Source: a virus
Lineage: Duplodnaviria > Caudoviricetes
Virus record (IMG/VR): IMGVR_UViG_3300036796_000278
Span: 1-37,550 of that record
Length of the DNA stretch: 37,550 nucleotides
Strand: one strand, 5' to 3'
The position numbers were made by a program, and so were the translations under genes. How positions within the stretch are numbered: the stretch's first letter is position 1; every line of letters begins with the position of its first letter. A model generated the notes under the pieces. The model was not told where the DNA came from and ran no database searches. It was given only the letters and a program-made list of their open reading frames with translations. Of the stretch, positions 8,290 through 18,712 are shown piece after piece.

Positions 8290-11178
8290 TTATTTCATCC
8301 CTGGATCTACCTGGTTAATCAGTGGGGCAATCCAGAACAGATTATTACCTGGCAGCAGGGTGCGCACATTGTGCAGCACCCGGTCGCCAGCATCGCCGTT
8401 TAGCACCCCGGCGGTTACATCAGTGATGGTGTCCAGCAGGCCGAAGGTTGGGCCCAGCGCTGAGCCAATAAACCCACGGCTGGCGTAACGGGACTGTGTA
8501 CCGGTACCAAGCAACGCCCCCAGCCCTACCATACCGCCGGATGCCTTTTCCGCCATGTTGTTATATTCCATGAGCGGACCAAGGATGCCTGAGCGGTCGA
8601 TACCTTCCAGCACCAGCTTTTGTGGTGACCAGTCGATATCACGCTGGTTAGCTGCCTGCTTCAACGCGTAAGTCAGCGAGCCAAGCCCGATCTGGAAAGC
8701 GGTACCGTAATAAAATTGCGCTGTTCCTTCCTGCAGGCCGCCCAGGGTTGCGCGGTTATAGGATGCGGTGGCGAAGGATTTAAACTGGAATACTGTTTTA
8801 CCAAGCGGCGTACTGGCCCACAGTGGTGTATCACCGATCCCCGGCGTAACCACGGTATTGCTCACGTCCTTCAATACTGCCGCCTGGAATACCCCCGCGA
8901 CGTGCTGATCGTCCCACTTTTCAAAATTGCCAATGTGCCAGCCGCCAATATTTTCGCCGTGCGCTCTGAACTCCGCCTGAATACGCGATGCCATATTCTC
9001 GTTAATGCCGAGCTTGGCCAGACGTTTCGCCGGGAACGCACCGGAAAGAATACCGTCAGAAGTTATCAGGCCGTTTACCGATTTGTTCATGTCGTCGAAG
9101 TGGCCCATCATCGTGAGCTTTCCGAATGCCTCAGTAACACGCTCCATGCCTGCTTCCACGGCAGTTGTGCGGGACGAGCTATCTACCAGGTCGCCCATTG
9201 TACGGGCGCGGCTGTGTAGAATAGTTTCGAGGCCTACAGCCATTTTCTTTTGTTCAGCGCGTGCGGCGAGAAACGCCGGTGATTTGGTTATCAGGGCGCC
9301 ATAACCCCGCGTGATATTGCTGAAGCCGTTCACCATAACCCCACGCGCCAGATCGGGAATTGCCGATACCGTCATTCCGCCCAGTTTGGTGACAAAGTTA
9401 GCGCTACGTAAAAACGCACCGGCGCGGACAAAAAACGACGAGGGGTCGTCCGGCATGCCGTAGGTACCCACCAGGCGATCACGTAGCGCAGTGATATCGC
9501 GAATATCATTATCGCGCGCTTTTGCCAGCCTGGACTGTTCCGCTGGTTTTGCTCGCATGAGTGCGTCGTACTCATCCTGAATGTCTTTGAGCTGCTTCTC
9601 CAGCGTCTTGCTGCCAAAAGTTTTGGTTAACTCCACCTCGGCCGCCGCTTCACGGATATGGCGCTGTAGCACGTAGTTGGCATCGCTTTCCAGATAGTCT
9701 TTCATGAGATTGTCCGGCACGCTCAGTGTTCGCCCTTTAGTGCTGCCGGCTGATTTGACCGTAAAGACGTTGGCGAAGTCCTGCGGAATTTTGGCGCCGA
9801 CAATTTTGTTAATGGTGGCGTCGGCGGTAATTTCCGCCTCTTCGCGAGACATGGTTTTTTCACCACGTGACCACCAGTCAACCAACATCTTTCTGAACTG
9901 ATCGCGCTCATTAACGATCTTGCCGACTTTGTACACACGCGGGAAATAGCTGGTCTGGCCGATAGCTTTCAGTTCATCGTCACCGGGCAGCAGCCCTAAT
10001 TTCTGCTGCGCCACTTTGACTTTGTTCACGACCTGCCGCATGGCCTGAGCGGCTTCCTGCACCACCGGGTTACTGTGCGCATCACCGCTGCGCATCGCGT
10101 TACCCACTTCCTCGCGGAATGAGGCGAAACTCAGATCCCCGCTATCAGCTTTATATTTTGTCCAGGCCTGCTTATTGGTGACGACCACCGCCGCCTCTTC
10201 CCGGCGCCAGCCACGAACACGCGTTTCTGCGGCAACCGGCGTTTCTATCCCCCGTAGATTCCCCTCGAGCGTGAAATTGTTCTCTGCCAACTCGAGAGCA
10301 GTGCGGCGCGAGGTCAGAGACGGCGACTCAATCAGGCGAGTAATAGGGGTGAGGTAGCTCCCTGCTTTGCGGGCCGCTTTACTGACAGCTCCGCCTGCAG
10401 GGGTTAAATCTTCCAGCGTGGCTTCGCTGATCCGCGCCGCGCCGACACTGCCGCCATTGGGGAGCGATTCCGCTGCCGCATCAACCGGCGATGTTACGCG
10501 CACGTTATCCAGTGCGTCCGCCACCTCACGTGTTGCGGTGGTTCTGACAGCTGGCGAGATTGCCGCACCGGCACTGGCAAATACACCGCTAAGCAAAGCT
10601 CCCGCGGCGACGTGCGACGCGCTTTCGCCCCAGGTGCGGGTGATTTGCTGGTTATTAAGCCCGACCTCGCTTAACGCGGTACCGGCCGCCCCGATAGCCA
10701 CCTGTGAAGCAATACGGGCAACGGCACCACCCTGAGCGCCTGGGATAAACATCGATGCGACAGTAACAGGGTCAACAACGCCCGCCGCAATGCTGGCGAG
10801 CACTCCCTCACCGCCAGCATCGGAAAGTACGCGCCTGTCTTCGTTCTCGTCGTCAATCTGCTGTTTTATCCAGGCAGTTTCCTCCGGGGAGCGAGAATCT
10901 GCGAACGCAGATCCCCACTGTTCGTAACCGTGCAACTCATTTTTGTCCGTGTACGGGTTATACCCGTCCTGATTCTCGAACTGCTTCGACGGGCGGAACA
11001 TTCCGGCAAGCAGGTTATTCTGACGAAAAGCTGCTCCCCACACAGAGGGCTGTTCTTCCTGAGGTTCTGGGTTACGGCCCAAAGGCAAAGGCACATCAAA
11101 ACCTGTAGGCTGCGGCAGCACACTGGCCGCTGATGTGTAACCGTTGCTGCTTTCTTCTGGAGTTGGGTAAATCGGCAT
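8290..11178 (-). CDS. large internal virion (ejection) protein, T7 gp16-like
   Basis: About 960 aa, Ala/Gly-rich, QFKSF motif, last of three internal-protein genes; TAATG overlap places the start at 11178. Confidence 0.75.
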   Translation of the reverse strand: MPIYPTPEESSNGYTSAASVLPQPTGFDVPLPLGRNPEPQEEQPSVWGAAFRQNNLLAGMFRPSKQFENQDGYNPYTDKNELHGYEQWGSAFADSRSPEETAWIKQQIDDENEDRRVLSDAGGEGVLASIAAGVVDPVTVASMFIPGAQGGAVARIASQVAIGAAGTALSEVGLNNQQITRTWGESASHVAAGALLSGVFASAGAAISPAVRTTATREVADALDNVRVTSPVDAAAESLPNGGSVGAARISEATLEDLTPAGGAVSKAARKAGSYLTPITRLIESPSLTSRRTALELAENNFTLEGNLRGIETPVAAETRVRGWRREEAAVVVTNKQAWTKYKADSGDLSFASFREEVGNAMRSGDAHSNPVVQEAAQAMRQVVNKVKVAQQKLGLLPGDDELKAIGQTSYFPRVYKVGKIVNERDQFRKMLVDWWSRGEKTMSREEAEITADATINKIVGAKIPQDFANVFTVKSAGSTKGRTLSVPDNLMKDYLESDANYVLQRHIREAAAEVELTKTFGSKTLEKQLKDIQDEYDALMRAKPAEQSRLAKARDNDIRDITALRDRLVGTYGMPDDPSSFFVRAGAFLRSANFVTKLGGMTVSAIPDLARGVMVNGFSNITRGYGALITKSPAFLAARAEQKKMAVGLETILHSRARTMGDLVDSSSRTTAVEAGMERVTEAFGKLTMMGHFDDMNKSVNGLITSDGILSGAFPAKRLAKLGINENMASRIQAEFRAHGENIGGWHIGNFEKWDDQHVAGVFQAAVLKDVSNTVVTPGIGDTPLWASTPLGKTVFQFKSFATASYNRATLGGLQEGTAQFYYGTAFQIGLGSLTYALKQAANQRDIDWSPQKLVLEGIDRSGILGPLMEYNNMAEKASGGMVGLGALLGTGTQSRYASRGFIGSALGPTFGLLDTITDVTAGVLNGDAGDRVLHNVRTLLPGNNLFWIAPLINQVDPGMK

Positions 11179-13901
11179 TAGTCTGTACTCCATGAGAAGT
11201 AATTTTTAACACGGTCCATGCGCTCGTTGTGCAACCGCTCGTACTGCTGATCCAGCGCCCGGTGTTTATCTTTAAATCCACGAATTTCCTGTCCTCGGGA
11301 TAATTCGTCCTGGGCCTGCTGCTCACGTTCTTTCTGTGATTTTTGATACGGCTCCCAGTCCTCAAGCGATGGCTTCCAGCGCATCGGCCTCCCGGCCTTA
11401 TCGTAGTAGGGCTGCACGCCCTCTATGCCGTCCTTATCTTTAGTGCGAACCATAATGGCGTAATCCCCATTGCTGGCCGTCAGAACGTCCGGCGTGATTT
11501 CCAACTCGCCACCAATGCTGGATTTAGGGACTGTGGTTTTTGTTGGCGGCGCGTTGCCGGAGGTGATGCCCAAAGCTGTAGGGCTTGTGGTGATGGTTTC
11601 TTTGCGGTCGCCGTACATAAGCTGTTCTTTCTCAGACTTCCACTGCTCTGCCTGCCACCCCGAAGGGCCGTAGTTGTAAAGCGCCTCCGGTGCGTACTTC
11701 ATGAGCTTAGCGTCGCCGTTTACATCGCTTATGCTCCATGTGCGCGCGATCTGCTGATTGGTCATTTTCTTCGCAACATCTGCGTTGCCGCCCGAGCTGC
11801 GGTAATTGATATCGTAGAGTGACTGATAGTCGTTACGGAACCGTACCGTGTCAGGGTTGGTATCGTCAGCAGATGGCCCACCCCAGCTAAAGAAGCCTGA
11901 CATTTTGCTGACAGCGGAATCCATCGCGCTACTACGGTCTTTTTTGTAGTCCTTTGTTCCCTGAGTCGATGCCAGTTGCTGCTTGAAAGCGTCGGTCTGG
12001 TTGTACGTCACGTTCTGCGCATGCTCTACAGCAGACTCTGGCGACATGCCCGCATCGCTCAACTGTTTAACAGTAAGGTAAAAACTCTGCATGTCTTTCG
12101 GCATGCTGCCTACCGATGCAGGGTCGGCGTTGTAGAGGCGGTCGAACAGTTGCGCCCCTTGATTAACAACGTCAGGACTACGCGCGCGGGAAACTGCAGC
12201 AAGCTGGGTGGTGACCTGAGAAGGGATGATGCCCGTCTGGGCTACCTGCTGGACAATGCCATCGTGCGTAGACGCATCGTTAATGCGGAAATACTGCGCT
12301 GGCTGCGTGGTATCGGCTGCGCCCTGCATTGCCTTGTCTGAGGGGTCGAGCTTTTCCCCCATCAGAACAGCGTCGTTGAAGCGGCGGGAATCACGCTGAG
12401 CCTGAATCGTAGTGTTGCTTCTCTGCACCAGTGCGCCGATTTTGCCATACGCATCGAGTTTAAGCGCATAATCCGGGTCGTTAGCCTGCGGCTTAAGCTG
12501 TGCCAGCTCGGCCTGCTGGCGAACAGGATCGAGATACTGGATAGCCTGGAATTTTTTTGCGCTGGTAATAGCGATATCCAGTTGCTTTACCATCTGGCCG
12601 CCATGCTCACCGTACGCAAAATTAATGGTCGCTTTGTCAGGCATTGCGTCCGGCACGTCGCCGTTGTAGAGCTGCGTCATCGTATTGTTGAGGATCGGGT
12701 CAATCTGCTGGCGCAGGTTCGTACGCTGCTCGAGGATTTTTGATTCTGCGATGCTGTCAATTTTATCGACGGCTACAGGATCTAACCCGGTTTTATTTTT
12801 GTTGTAGCGCGACAGCCAGCCGCGCGTTTCTGCTGGCAGATTCTTAATAAACTCAGCCTGCGACACCTCACCTTTGCGCGGGTCGCCAATTTTAGAAATG
12901 AGTTTATCGACGTTACCCTGCCCCCAGTTGTATGCCGCGCCGGTTAACATTTCTGAGCCATATTTAGAATACAGTTCGCCGACGTAATCTTTAGCCAGTT
13001 GCGCATGCTGTTCGGGGTCGCTAGGGTTGTACTCAACGCCGCGTTTAGCCGCCAGCTCTTTCCCTGTGTCGGGCATTAACTGGTACTGTCCCTGCGCCCT
13101 GTCGCCGGACTTTGTTACCGGCCCTTGGGTAACGCTACCATCAGCAGAGAAATGTTTACCGCCGGATTCCACAATCCCGATGGCCCGCATATCCATGCCG
13201 CCACTTTCTTTCGTCGGGAAATCTCCAGACAGCCAGCCGGTTGGATTTGTTACCGCATAATTTTGTGCACGCTGTTCCATCGCACGCTGATCGGCCTCGT
13301 AGGAAGCCTGGGTGATTTGCTCAGATGACCAGCCCTGTGATTGCCCGTATAGCTCGATAGAGTGTTTGCGAGCACCGCGAATTAACGCGGCAGCGTCAGG
13401 GTTATCAAACGCGTCGGCCTCCTGCTGTACGGAGGATTTAACGGTAGTATCAAACTGCCCCTGCTGCGCCTGTGCCGTTTGCGAGCGTTCGAACGAGCTG
13501 TACGTGCTCATGCGTCGAACTTGGGCTGCTTTCCACTGAGCATCGAAGTAGGTTAACTGCCCTTCGGGTACCTTCTTTCTCGCCTCGTCATAATCCGATG
13601 AATCGAGTTTATCCATGTCTAGGCCAACACCGGTGGAGTTAAAGCCCTGACGGGTAACCAGCGCCCCCGTTTCAGGGTTTTCCCAGCGGTCGTTTGATTT
13701 GGCTTCCAGATCTGTTAGTGCCGCCTGAGTGGCAGCTAAATCCGCTTTCTTTCTCTCGCGCTGAATGACGTCAGACACATCGTTAACGGCCGCACCAACT
13801 CCGGCGAGAGCATTGCCTACCGCACCAACATTACTGAGGCCCACGCGACCGGATAGGGCTTCCGGTGTTACGTTTCCAAAATTACCCGTTGGTATGCGCA
13901 T
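11178..13901 (-). CDS. internal virion protein with lytic transglycosylase (SLT) domain
   Basis: IVESGG...AQGQYQLMPDT...AAYNWGQGNV...ETR SLT motifs; TAATG overlap places the start at 13901. Confidence 0.82.
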   Translation of the reverse strand: MRIPTGNFGNVTPEALSGRVGLSNVGAVGNALAGVGAAVNDVSDVIQRERKKADLAATQAALTDLEAKSNDRWENPETGALVTRQGFNSTGVGLDMDKLDSSDYDEARKKVPEGQLTYFDAQWKAAQVRRMSTYSSFERSQTAQAQQGQFDTTVKSSVQQEADAFDNPDAAALIRGARKHSIELYGQSQGWSSEQITQASYEADQRAMEQRAQNYAVTNPTGWLSGDFPTKESGGMDMRAIGIVESGGKHFSADGSVTQGPVTKSGDRAQGQYQLMPDTGKELAAKRGVEYNPSDPEQHAQLAKDYVGELYSKYGSEMLTGAAYNWGQGNVDKLISKIGDPRKGEVSQAEFIKNLPAETRGWLSRYNKNKTGLDPVAVDKIDSIAESKILEQRTNLRQQIDPILNNTMTQLYNGDVPDAMPDKATINFAYGEHGGQMVKQLDIAITSAKKFQAIQYLDPVRQQAELAQLKPQANDPDYALKLDAYGKIGALVQRSNTTIQAQRDSRRFNDAVLMGEKLDPSDKAMQGAADTTQPAQYFRINDASTHDGIVQQVAQTGIIPSQVTTQLAAVSRARSPDVVNQGAQLFDRLYNADPASVGSMPKDMQSFYLTVKQLSDAGMSPESAVEHAQNVTYNQTDAFKQQLASTQGTKDYKKDRSSAMDSAVSKMSGFFSWGGPSADDTNPDTVRFRNDYQSLYDINYRSSGGNADVAKKMTNQQIARTWSISDVNGDAKLMKYAPEALYNYGPSGWQAEQWKSEKEQLMYGDRKETITTSPTALGITSGNAPPTKTTVPKSSIGGELEITPDVLTASNGDYAIMVRTKDKDGIEGVQPYYDKAGRPMRWKPSLEDWEPYQKSQKEREQQAQDELSRGQEIRGFKDKHRALDQQYERLHNERMDRVKNYFSWSTD

Positions 13902-14344
13902 TAGTTTTTCCACCCGCTATACATTTTTGAACCAGACGAGAGCAGCGAGCTTCCAGCGTTAATCATTCCGGCCTGTTGAGCTTGCTTCCCGCTCAGCCTA
14001 TCGGCCTGGGCCTGAGCACGCATGCGGTTAGACCCGTTTACGCCATTAAGAATGGTTTGGTATGCATCCTGCTCGGCATCCCCGGCGATGCCTGACGTTA
14101 CACGCAGCGCCGTGCCGCTATCAGTTTCAACACCTGATGCACCAAAAGCGGCGTTTGCCTGTGAGGCCTGCTGCGCCCCCTGCTCACGGATACGCTGCGC
14201 CTGCACTTTGGCAGCTGCGGTATTCGCCTGCGCGTCTGCTGTCGCCTGCGCAGCGTTATAATTTGCCGCTGCTTTAGCGTCGTTACCCTGCTTCATCGAG
14301 CCCAGGGCGGAAACGGCCGCCGCCGCCAGCGCTACCCATGCCAT
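13901..14344 (-). CDS. small internal virion protein (T7 gp14-like)
   Basis: Ala/Gln/Gly-rich with hydrophobic N-terminus; AFGASGVETDSGT; position after the GNAT gene. Confidence 0.7.
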   Translation of the reverse strand: MAWVALAAAAVSALGSMKQGNDAKAAANYNAAQATADAQANTAAAKVQAQRIREQGAQQASQANAAFGASGVETDSGTALRVTSGIAGDAEQDAYQTILNGVNGSNRMRAQAQADRLSGKQAQQAGMINAGSSLLSSGSKMYSGWKN

Positions 14345-14790
14345 TATTTACCTCCTGAGAAAACGATACCAACATGCTTAAGACCGAGCCTTTCGTACAT
14401 CCGGCCGGTGCGATCTTCATCGATGCCCGTTGTGATACCCATGTCTATCTGGTCCACCCCTTTTGACCTTGCCCATGTGATGTATTCTTTTGCCAGTCGA
14501 TAGCCCGCCAGCGTCCCCCTATGCGCTTTTTCCACATAAAGCCCCAGCTCATAAGAGATGTTCGCATCGGCAAAATAGTGCTCGGTTATCACGGCGGCGA
14601 CGGCGCCAACGATCTGCCCGTCCTTCTCAGCCACGGCAACCATTCCGCTAGGTGAGTCAATCAGGCGTCGCAATAGCGCTGAAAATTTCTGCCCACTGTA
14701 AGGGAGATCCCGGTAACGAGATTCCTGATGCATTGTTTCTGAAAGACGGATAATTTCAGGAATATCTCTAAATCCTGCAGGCCTGATCAT
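14344..14790 (-). CDS. GNAT-fold acetyltransferase (position of T7 gp13)
   Basis: MIRPA start, LYVEKAHRG acetyl-CoA motif, MYERLGL. Confidence 0.8.
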   Translation of the reverse strand: MIRPAGFRDIPEIIRLSETMHQESRYRDLPYSGQKFSALLRRLIDSPSGMVAVAEKDGQIVGAVAAVITEHYFADANISYELGLYVEKAHRGTLAGYRLAKEYITWARSKGVDQIDMGITTGIDEDRTGRMYERLGLKHVGIVFSGGK

Positions 14791-14792
14791 GA

Positions 14793-16781
14793 TTAACCCC
14801 CGTTGCTCGTAAAGGTGGTGATAATGGCAAGAAGGTGGAATGGGAGAGGCTGCCGTTGCTGGATAAGAAGGGTATCTTCTCCGCGCTCCCAGCCCAATTT
14901 CCCCATGTAGTGATCGCCGGTGAATAGCGGCGCTGGCTGATTAAGGATTTTGGGGCCAAAGGTCCGGAATGGAATAACCTGGGCGTTGCACTCGGCACCC
15001 GTTGTTTCAAGGAACCGCAAGGTAACTTCGCTGGTGCGCTTACGCGCGTTCTGGGTGGTACCTTCGGAGGTAGGAACCTCCTGCGTGAGCGTTACGATCG
15101 ACGTTTCAAAATGCAGGCCTATTTCTACCGCTTTTGCTTTTCTGGGCAGAGTTATCTGGCCCCCGCTCACGGTTGCCTGCGGCATAACAGCACCATCTGC
15201 AACCACATCGACAACTTTTCCCTCAAGATGAGAAAGTCCGGCCCACGTTGCTGTGCCGTCGGCGCTAACGCCAGTTACGCCTGAATCAGTGTGCATGGTG
15301 CTATCTAACACCTCGATGTGGCGTACATAATTTCCGTTAACCAGGCGGGCGACAGACACGTAAGTTACGTCGTCGTTTTCTGACGGGATAGATGCAACAG
15401 ATTCGAAAGCACCTTCGGTGATCTGCCGGGTCCAGGCAATAACATCCTGTGTCCTGTCAATAGCCATCGACACCATAATGCCGTCATTGCGCACCATCCA
15501 CACAAAAGGATCAGGCTGCTGTTGGTATGCCATATCTCTTACACCGCTTGCGGTAATATGCTCTGCAAGTACGGTCATGTCGGTAGCGGTGTAGGCTACA
15601 AAAGAATCTGGATCGTACGCCGCAGAGTAGAGTTTTCTTCCTGCGCGCTGAACAAACATAATTTCGGTACCGACACGCAGCGGTCGCATGTTGTTGCAAC
15701 CGTATGGACTTGGGTTTTTCACCGAAATGTTCGTCGGGGTTATGGCTGATTCATTACCCGCAGTGATCGTGAACTCACCGCCATAGGTCAGTGCGATAAG
15801 GGTATTCATCTGTGCCAGGTGCACAATGGGGTTGAGCTGGTCAGAAGAGAGCGTGAAGCTAATTGCCTTGTCGTCCGCGGTACCAAGTTCAAAGGACAGA
15901 TAAAGCCCCGTCTCGCTGAACCAGATTCCCTGAGGGAATCGCGGCGAACCGGCAAGCACAAGACGCTGCTGGTAGAGTGTCACCGCGCCGGGGTAACCCA
16001 TGTCGCCGCCCCAGACAGAATCTTCCCTGGTCCACGCACCAGGGGAGGCCGCCTGCGTAGCCGACAGCACAGTGCGAATGACACCCACAGCCTTTTGAGA
16101 ACTTGTGATACTTTCAATGAGAACAAGGCCATCGTTAATTCGCACATAAGAACCAACATCAGCCGCCGACCACCCGGCCCCTGTTAACGTGCCATCGCTG
16201 TTTTCTGGCGGCTCTGCATCGCTCAGCGTGAGCGTAATTTCAGATCCCACATATTGCTTTGTCGATGGCTTGCACCACTTCTGTGGCGTATCCCGAATCT
16301 CGTCGAACGGTTCAACGTCAAAGGGGGCCGGCTCCAGCACCCACTCAGTTTGCCCGCGCCGCTGCAGGCGTTGTGGGGCCACCTGCTCATGCACTAAAAA
16401 CATGGTGTCAGCGCCCTGCACATAATTCACATCAGGCAGCATGTCAGCGGTGTAAGGACTGGTAATCTCGTACGGCGTATTGTCAGCGTTAACAAGCTGC
16501 TTGCCGTTCTGGAAAACGCGCATATAACCTTCGCCGAATTCCAACACATAGGCCTGTGAACGGTTAAACACATAAGGAATAAGGCGAGCTTTTTTGTCGC
16601 CATATTTTGCAGTCGCTGCAAAGCGCGTACCAGGGCGGCGCATGACACCACCCTGCACAACTACGACACCGTTCTCTATGGTCTTCGCGCCGTTGGCGTA
16701 CCTGGCGATATCAACGCGCCCCATAAGACGTGGAGATATTTCCCCGGCTGTAAAGTTCGTTTTAATCAGGTTGGCGCGCAT
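14793..16781 (-). CDS. tail tubular protein B / nozzle (T7 gp12-like)
   Basis: NFTAGEISP...GGVMRRPGT start, YQQRLVLAG; 662 aa. Confidence 0.85.
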   Translation of the reverse strand: MRANLIKTNFTAGEISPRLMGRVDIARYANGAKTIENGVVVVQGGVMRRPGTRFAATAKYGDKKARLIPYVFNRSQAYVLEFGEGYMRVFQNGKQLVNADNTPYEITSPYTADMLPDVNYVQGADTMFLVHEQVAPQRLQRRGQTEWVLEPAPFDVEPFDEIRDTPQKWCKPSTKQYVGSEITLTLSDAEPPENSDGTLTGAGWSAADVGSYVRINDGLVLIESITSSQKAVGVIRTVLSATQAASPGAWTREDSVWGGDMGYPGAVTLYQQRLVLAGSPRFPQGIWFSETGLYLSFELGTADDKAISFTLSSDQLNPIVHLAQMNTLIALTYGGEFTITAGNESAITPTNISVKNPSPYGCNNMRPLRVGTEIMFVQRAGRKLYSAAYDPDSFVAYTATDMTVLAEHITASGVRDMAYQQQPDPFVWMVRNDGIMVSMAIDRTQDVIAWTRQITEGAFESVASIPSENDDVTYVSVARLVNGNYVRHIEVLDSTMHTDSGVTGVSADGTATWAGLSHLEGKVVDVVADGAVMPQATVSGGQITLPRKAKAVEIGLHFETSIVTLTQEVPTSEGTTQNARKRTSEVTLRFLETTGAECNAQVIPFRTFGPKILNQPAPLFTGDHYMGKLGWERGEDTLLIQQRQPLPFHLLAIITTFTSNGG

Positions 16782-16782
16782 G

Positions 16783-17346
16783 TCAGAACCTCGATTCGTA
16801 AGTCAGGTAGCCGCCCAGTTCTTCCGGCGGCTCTTCCTGTCCGTCGATAGATTTGGCCTGGCGTAATAAAAACGCGGCTTCCTGCGTCAGGCTATCGCGC
16901 ATACTGGCAGACCCAGTTACGGCATATGCCAGCTTTGCCTGCATGGTGGTTTCTGCCACGTTCACCAGCGCAGCGTCCCAGGTTGACTCGTCCTCATTGC
17001 GGAAGATATAGCGAAGCCGTAAAACCTGCATATTTGCCAGCAGACGCTTACCCTCAACGCGGTAGTGGATGTCGTCATGCGGTTCGCCTACGGACAGGAC
17101 GCGGATTAAATCGCCTGGCAGTGAAAACTGAAAACCGAAGCCAAAAACAGGGGTTGTACTGACGGGGGATAAAACAACGCGTTTAACTGCACAATTCCAC
17201 GGGTGAGCGCGGAGAAGATTATCGCGAACCGTAGGGTAAATATTTGAGCACAGTCGTGCATGCTCCGTGTTTTCCACAAGATCGTTGATTGGGTGTGCGC
17301 CCAGCGCCAGCAGCGCGTTAGAGCAGATAGAAACACTCGAAGCCAT
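16783..17346 (-). CDS. tail tubular protein A / adaptor (T7 gp11-like)
   Basis: ICSNALLALG...LRAHPWNCA...LPGDLIR; directly after the capsid gene. Confidence 0.85.
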   Translation of the reverse strand: MASSVSICSNALLALGAHPINDLVENTEHARLCSNIYPTVRDNLLRAHPWNCAVKRVVLSPVSTTPVFGFGFQFSLPGDLIRVLSVGEPHDDIHYRVEGKRLLANMQVLRLRYIFRNEDESTWDAALVNVAETTMQAKLAYAVTGSASMRDSLTQEAAFLLRQAKSIDGQEEPPEELGGYLTYESRF

Positions 17347-17362
17347 AGCGGAACCTCAGATG

Positions 17363-17387
17363 AAAAAAGACCGGGGCGAACCCCGGT
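17363..17387 (-). terminator. terminator after the capsid gene (T7 T-phi-like position)
   Basis: ACCGGGG-TTCG-CCCCGGT-CTTTTTT. Confidence 0.8.
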
Positions 17388-17401
17388 AAACACACCAGCG
17401 G

Positions 17402-18307
17402 TTAAGCAACGAAATCGATGGCAACGACTTTGTTTTCTGCGGCACGGCCAGCGCCATAGGACGCATCAACGGAAATCTGGATCGTGTTGTTTTTATCGCG
17501 ACGCGGGCCGATATCGACGTTGTACTCTTCGCCGGTACCGAAATGCACAGCGGATTTACACCATGCTGCAGCAGTTTTGGTAGTAGCATTCTCCGCAGTA
17601 ACGGAATCCAGTTTTTCATATGCGATCCAGTTGAAGCCGAGCCATTTAGAAGACACCGCACCTTCCTGCAGCATTTTCACGGCCATAAAGTCAGCGCTGG
17701 TCAGCGATGTGTCACTCAGGATCTGCGTAAGCATATCGGCGTTATAGGCCATGAACAGGTCTTCGCCGTTCTGCTCGTCACACTCATTGCGACGGAACAT
17801 TGCTTTAGCGGCAATCAATTTGGCTTTAGTCATTGGCGTACCGCCAGCGACGATCTTTTGTGAGGCCGGAAGCACGACGCTGGTGTAAGCGCCATTGTTT
17901 TCAGTCTTACGGAGCACTGGATCGAGCAAGGCGCGATAGATAACATCGTCCTTTTTGCGGTTTGCGGCACCCAGTGTTAATTGCAAATATGGGCCTTGCG
18001 GGTCGGCAATCATTTTACGCAAATCACGCTTTTCAACCGGTACGAATACTCCGTAGTCAGCCATGAGAACGTTACGGGTTCCTGCCTCTGGAACATCCCA
18101 CACCGTATCGCCAAATCGCGTTGTAATGGTGTTCATTTCGATATTGCCCATATCGTTGACCGTAAACGATGCGCCGGTAATTCGTCCGCGATCCATTACA
18201 GTCGCCTGCAGGCGTGATTCTTTTTGCTGTGATGCGATATCAAAAGAATCATGAAACTGCGTGACGAACGCAGCTGTAATCATGCTTTTGTTGGCATTAA
18301 AAGTCAT
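17402..18307 (-). CDS. major capsid protein
   Basis: About 301 aa from ATG 18307 (GGAG RBS); QQKESRL, SADF...L.EG....WLGFNW and GAGR motifs; lies between scaffold and tail tube A. Confidence 0.88.
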   Translation of the reverse strand: MTFNANKSMITAAFVTQFHDSFDIASQQKESRLQATVMDRGRITGASFTVNDMGNIEMNTITTRFGDTVWDVPEAGTRNVLMADYGVFVPVEKRDLRKMIADPQGPYLQLTLGAANRKKDDVIYRALLDPVLRKTENNGAYTSVVLPASQKIVAGGTPMTKAKLIAAKAMFRRNECDEQNGEDLFMAYNADMLTQILSDTSLTSADFMAVKMLQEGAVSSKWLGFNWIAYEKLDSVTAENATTKTAAAWCKSAVHFGTGEEYNVDIGPRRDKNNTIQISVDASYGAGRAAENKVVAIDFVA

Positions 18308-18335
18308 AACTGTCACTCCAGAAATTATCGCCCGT

Positions 18336-18428
18336 TGGGGTATCGGTTTCCCGGCCCAGGTCTGCACAATGCGGGTGGCGCTTACGCACTGTGGGAAAAA
18401 TCAGGTATCCGGCGTCCCCGCCGGGCTG
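18336..18428 (-). promoter_or_regulatory. structured capsid mRNA leader with two repeated hairpin motifs
   Basis: CAG-C-CCGGCG-GGGA-CGCCGG-ATAC-CTG and TGGG-C-CGG-GAAA-CCG-ATAC-CCCA flanking a 9-bp stem. Confidence 0.55.
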
Positions 18429-18435
18429 TGGAGTG

Positions 18436-18469
18436 ATTGTTAGTTAGGTGCGCGGTCGGAATCCCGACC
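18436..18469 (-). promoter_or_regulatory. late promoter candidate upstream of capsid
   Basis: + strand ggtcggaatcccgacc at 18454-18469; AACAAT hexamer at 18436-18441, 12-nt spacer. Confidence 0.75.
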
Positions 18470-18473
18470 AAAT

Positions 18474-18502
18474 AAAAAAAGCCAGCGGTTAGACTGGCTT
18501 TT
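18474..18502 (-). terminator. terminator closing the portal/scaffold block just before the capsid promoter
   Basis: AGCCAG-TCTAACCG-CTGGCT followed by a T-tract. Confidence 0.7.
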
Positions 18503-18519
18503 GATACATCTCTAAGGTG

Positions 18520-18684
18520 TTATGCGGTTAACTTCTCGAACGCTGCGCTAACCATTTCAGCTAGTTTTTCAGCGGCGTCTCTTTCCGGCACCTGGCATTT
18601 AATAATCGATGCCAGCACATCCGCTTTGGTTTGAAAAATAATTTTCTGTTGGTCAAGTGTTAGCATCTGTTGATTGTCAGGCAT
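18520..18684 (-). CDS. small hypothetical protein (54 aa, not in ORF track)
   Basis: MPDNQQMLTLDQQKIIFQTKADVLASIIKCQVPERDAAEKLAEMVSAAFEKLTA, GAGG RBS, fills the scaffold-capsid gap. Confidence 0.6.
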   Translation of the reverse strand: MPDNQQMLTLDQQKIIFQTKADVLASIIKCQVPERDAAEKLAEMVSAAFEKLTA

Positions 18685-18712
18685 TAGTTTTTCCTCTTTG
18701 CTTCGTGACTGG

